From NCBI GenBank assembly GCA_965222155.1, contig CBDCTH010000012.1:448001-512000 (forward strand): DNA of 64,000 bases, in the 5' to 3' direction. The position numbers and the translations under genes were made by a program. Position 1 is the stretch's first letter; each line of letters starts with the position of its first letter. This stretch comes from Gammaproteobacteria bacterium (lineage in GTDB: Bacteria > Pseudomonadota > Gammaproteobacteria > Eutrophobiales > Eutrophobiaceae). The notes beneath the pieces are model-generated. The model made no database searches. It had not been told where the DNA came from and saw only the letters and a program-made list of their open reading frames with translations. Below are positions 60,321-64,000 of this stretch, in pieces.

Positions 60321-61541
60321 ATGACTAATCTAATTGTTGGGCTCGATATCGGGACGTCCAAGGTTGTCTCGATAGTTGCAGAGGTATCCGAGGAAAACGA
60401 GGTCGAAATCATCGGTCTGGGGTCGTGCCGGTCGCGCGGGTTGAAGAAAGGTGTGGTAGTCAACATCGAGTCGACGGTGCAGACCATCCAGAGCGCCATA
60501 CAGGAAGCCGAGTTGATGGCGGGTTGTAATATCCACGCCGTATTCACGGGGATTGCGGGCAATCACATTCGCAGTCTGAATTCCCATGGAATAGTAGCGA
60601 TCCGCGACAATGAAGTGACGGCCGGCGATATCGAAAGGGTCATTGATGCCGCGCGGGCCGTCGCCATACCGGCAGATCAGAAGATACTGCATATTATCCC
60701 CCGGGATTTCATCATTGACGGCCAGGAAGGCATCAAGGAACCCATAGGCATGTTCGGTGTGCGGCTGGAAGCGAAGGTGCATATAGTGACCGGCGCGGTC
60801 AGCGCCGCCCAGAATATCATCAAGTGCGTGCGCCGCTGCGGCCTGGAAGCAGACGATATCGTCCTGGAGCAAGTGGCGTCGAGCTACTCGGTATTGACGG
60901 AAGATGAAAAAGACCTGGGAGTCTGTCTGGTGGATATCGGTGGAGGTACGACCGACCTGGCCGTCTTTACCAATGGCGCAATCAGCCACACCGCGGTGAT
61001 ACCCATAGCCGGCGACCAGGTTACCAACGACATAGCCGTCGCGTTACGCACACCTACACAAAATGCCGAAGAGATTAAGGTCGAACACGCCTGCGCGCTG
61101 GCGCAACTGGCTAATTCCGACGAGACCGTCGAAGTTCCCAGTGTCGGCAACCGGCCGGTACGCCGGATGTCCAGACAGACACTGGCGGAAGTCGTCGAAC
61201 CCCGCTACGAGGAGTTGTTTTCCCTGGTGCAGGCTGAATTGAGACGTAGCGGTTATGAGAGGTTGATCGTGGCCGGCATTGTGTTGACGGGCGGCAGTTC
61301 CAATATGCAGGGCGTTGTCGAACTGGCCGAAGAAGTCTTTCACGTACCTGTCAGAGTGGGGACACCGCAGTATGTCGGCGGCTTGGTTGAACTGGTCAGG
61401 AATCCGATTTATGCAACCGGCGTCGGGCTGTTGCTGTACGGCCTGCGCCAGCAACTGGATCGCACCCAAACGAAGCGTATTGATAGCCGGACGACCAGTA
61501 TCTGGAATCGAATGAAGAGTTGGTTTCAAGGTAACGTTTAA
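60321..61541 (+). CDS. ftsA: cell division protein FtsA
   Basis: GLDIGTSKV, VDIGGGTTD, C-terminal amphipathic helix. Confidence 0.98.
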   Translation: MTNLIVGLDIGTSKVVSIVAEVSEENEVEIIGLGSCRSRGLKKGVVVNIESTVQTIQSAIQEAELMAGCNIHAVFTGIAGNHIRSLNSHGIVAIRDNEVTAGDIERVIDAARAVAIPADQKILHIIPRDFIIDGQEGIKEPIGMFGVRLEAKVHIVTGAVSAAQNIIKCVRRCGLEADDIVLEQVASSYSVLTEDEKDLGVCLVDIGGGTTDLAVFTNGAISHTAVIPIAGDQVTNDIAVALRTPTQNAEEIKVEHACALAQLANSDETVEVPSVGNRPVRRMSRQTLAEVVEPRYEELFSLVQAELRRSGYERLIVAGIVLTGGSSNMQGVVELAEEVFHVPVRVGTPQYVGGLVELVRNPIYATGVGLLLYGLRQQLDRTQTKRIDSRTTSIWNRMKSWFQGNV

Positions 61542-61573
61542 CGATAGTTCTTAAAATCCTGGAGGAAGATAAA

Positions 61574-62716
61574 ATGTATGAATTAGTCGATGCCGCAAGT
61601 CAAGCGGCGGTAATAAAAGTAATCGGGATTGGCGGCGGTGGCGGTAATGCCGTTAATCACATGTTGAAGGCCGAAATTGAAGGCGTTGATTTCATTTGTG
61701 CGAATACGGACTCCCAGGCACTGAAGGCCTCGAATGCGCGCAATATCATACAACTGGGAAACAGTATTACCAATGGTCTGGGCGCCGGGGCCGACCCGGA
61801 GATCGGGCGCCAGTCGGCACTGGAGGACAGGGACAGGATTATGGACGTGCTGGATGGCGCGGACATGGTATTCATTACTGCCGGGATGGGCGGCGGCACA
61901 GGTACCGGGGCTACGCCCATAGTCGCGCAGGTGGCAAAGGAAATGGGTATTCTGACCGTGGCGGTGGTTACCAAACCGTTCTCTTTTGAAGGCAGAAAAC
62001 GTTCCGATATCGCCAATAACGGAATCCGGGAACTCAGCCAGTACGTTGATTCACTGATCACTGTCCCCAACGACAAACTGGCGGATGTATTAGGTTCGGA
62101 CGTGCCCCTGATGAGTGCGTTTGAGGCAGCCGATGACGTGCTCCTTGGGGCGGTCCAGGGTATTGCCCAGGTAATTACCTGCCAGGGCTTGATCAACGTT
62201 GACTTTGCCGATGTCAAAACCGTGATGGGAGAAATGGGTATGGCGATGATGGGATCCGGGAAAGCCAGTGGCGAGGACCGCGCCAGGGCTGCGACGGAGG
62301 CCGCGATAAGCAGTCCGTTACTGGAACACATTGACCTGTCCGGCGCCAAAGGCATACTGGCCAATATCACTGCCGGTATGGATTTTTGCATAGGCGAATT
62401 TAACGAAGTGGGAAATATCATCAAGACTATTGCCGCTGATGAAGCGACGGTGGTCGTGGGAACCGTTCTCAATCCGGAACTCAGTGGTGAATTATGGGTT
62501 ACCATCGTTGCTACCGGGCTCAGCCATCCCGGGGATGAGATGTCACGACCTAAACTGGTCGCATCGAACAGCGCTGGTGTGGGTACCATGGACTATGGTA
62601 AACTTGAGCGCCCCACAGTAATTCGTAACAAAGTCGCCAATGCTGAAATTGCCCCTGTTAGTGATGATCCTGATTACCTTGAGATTCCTGCTTTTCTCAG
62701 GAGGCAGGCTGATTAA
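61574..62716 (+). CDS. ftsZ: cell division protein FtsZ
   Basis: [24 protein letters not shown]. Confidence 0.99.
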   Translation: MYELVDAASQAAVIKVIGIGGGGGNAVNHMLKAEIEGVDFICANTDSQALKASNARNIIQLGNSITNGLGAGADPEIGRQSALEDRDRIMDVLDGADMVFITAGMGGGTGTGATPIVAQVAKEMGILTVAVVTKPFSFEGRKRSDIANNGIRELSQYVDSLITVPNDKLADVLGSDVPLMSAFEAADDVLLGAVQGIAQVITCQGLINVDFADVKTVMGEMGMAMMGSGKASGEDRARAATEAAISSPLLEHIDLSGAKGILANITAGMDFCIGEFNEVGNIIKTIAADEATVVVGTVLNPELSGELWVTIVATGLSHPGDEMSRPKLVASNSAGVGTMDYGKLERPTVIRNKVANAEIAPVSDDPDYLEIPAFLRRQAD

Positions 62717-62718
62717 TC

Positions 62719-63636
62719 GTGATTAGACAGCGCACACTCAAAAATGCGATCCGGGCGCAGGGAGTCGGTCTGCATACGGGCAAAAAGACCAGCATCACCA
62801 TACGTCCGGCAACGGTGAACACAGGCATTATCTTCCGCCGCGTGGATCAGGATCCACCACTGAACATTCCTGCGGATATGACCAATGTGGGGAGCACCCA
62901 GCTATCTACTACGCTGATCAAGGACGGAGTCAGTATTTCCACGGTAGAACACCTGTTGTCGGCCCTCGCTGGATTCAGCATTGATAATGCCTATATCGAT
63001 GTGAGCGCGGAAGAGGTGCCGATCATGGATGGCAGCGCGGGTCCTTTTGTCTTTTTGATCCAGTCCGCAGGGGTGCAGGAACAGGATGAAGAAAAATGTT
63101 TTCTGCGGATAAAACAGGAGTTACGCGTTGAAGACGGTGATAAATGGGCAATGCTTCAACCTTATAACGGGTTCAAGGTCGGTTTTACTATCCAGTTCGA
63201 TCATCCGGTTTTCCAGGACAGGCACTGCCGTGCGGAAATTGATTTTTCCACCACGTCATTTGTCAAGGAAGTCTGCCGGGCCAGGACCTTCGGCTTTATG
63301 AAGGATTTTGATTTTTTGCGGGAAAGAAACCTTATCCTGGGTGGCAGTCTGGATAATGCGATCGTTGTTGACAGCGAGCAGGTCGTCAACGAAGAAGGCT
63401 TACGCTACCAGGATGAATGCGTCAGGCATAAGATTCTCGATGCGATAGGCGACTTGTATCTGCTCGGTCATAACTTGATCGGTTCATATCAGGGCTATAA
63501 ATCCGGGCATGAGCTTAATAACCAACTGCTGCGCAAATTGACACTCACCCGGGATGCCTGGGAAATCGTCAATTTCGGCGAGGAAATCGCAGAATCGGTT
63601 TCCTATATCCGGCCGCTTGCTGCCGTGGGATTATGA
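62719..63636 (+). CDS. lpxC: UDP-3-O-acyl-GlcNAc deacetylase
   Basis: [22 protein letters not shown]. Confidence 0.98.
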   Translation: MIRQRTLKNAIRAQGVGLHTGKKTSITIRPATVNTGIIFRRVDQDPPLNIPADMTNVGSTQLSTTLIKDGVSISTVEHLLSALAGFSIDNAYIDVSAEEVPIMDGSAGPFVFLIQSAGVQEQDEEKCFLRIKQELRVEDGDKWAMLQPYNGFKVGFTIQFDHPVFQDRHCRAEIDFSTTSFVKEVCRARTFGFMKDFDFLRERNLILGGSLDNAIVVDSEQVVNEEGLRYQDECVRHKILDAIGDLYLLGHNLIGSYQGYKSGHELNNQLLRKLTLTRDAWEIVNFGEEIAESVSYIRPLAAVGL

Positions 63637-63689
63637 CAGCGGTTCCTGTTGACAGGGTTTTGGGAGCTGTCTGTCCGTTCCGAGGGCCA

Positions 63690-64000
63690 GGATATTTGCT
63701 GTGTAACTCATTAGGGAGATAGGCGATGCCAGCGCGCAAAACCCCCACCCCGTCCGAAAGAGGGCGGGTTGACCATGCTAACACGGTGTTGTGGCGAAAC
63801 TCTCTGTGCCATGATAGCTGCCCCGCGATTATGGCTTCATGTCGGATCAGGTTTGCGCCACGGCACCTGTGATAGCAGCATATTGCCACAGCTCTGCGTG
63901 TGAACCAACCAACGCCGGTATGTAACTAAAACTCTGGAGATGCAGTGTTATCCACAGCCTCCTCAGAGTGACTACTGTCCCGTCCTGGTGTAGTCTGCTT
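63690..64000 (-). mobile_element. divergent, degenerate IS110 right end (inverted, runs off window)
   Basis: Reverse complement ends agttacacagcaaatatcc (identical to 1332-1350) and shares the 1187-1233 block. Upstream sequence weakly resembles the transposase C-terminus (DY...WI..LQ.F.YIPA). Confidence 0.75.

Noticed and set aside
63569-63889. dciA (DUF721) gene expected after lpxC
   Set aside because: The peptide resemblance is superficial, and the DNA aligns with the IS110 non-coding end at 1187-1350.

Overview
Gammaproteobacterial chromosomal window, assigned from the petABC-sspA, lpoA-yraN-gmhA-dolP, rsmI-rnpB-dcw gene order. Bases 1-20.4 kb are a decaying accessory region: IS110, IS21, IS5, IS3 and RAYT remnants, three toxin-antitoxin loci, and an uncharacterised TetR/TIGR04076/TonB-receptor (pseudogene)/MFS/alpha-beta-hydrolase/aldo-keto-reductase cluster with two matching promoter-operators. 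Bases 20.4-63.6 kb are housekeeping genes (cysQ, trmB, thiGS, tRNA-Gly, ppdK, prpD, trmJ, suhB, sucCD, nadE, bamD, petABC, sspA, rnpB, and the dcw cluster through lpxC). The most striking signal is a hierarchy of small palindromic mobile elements. A TIR-bounded element ('A') sits in-frame inside nadE (+78 aa) and has replaced the C-termini of murE and murC. A 72-bp module ('B') and a 27-bp hairpin module ('C') have inserted independently into element A and into REP-like repeats. An IS110 with a ~200-nt conserved 3' non-coding end is inserted into element A, and a divergent copy of that end lies at the far end of the window. Many element ends show polar 'stutter' duplications. All family assignments come from motif recognition by eye; no database searches were run.
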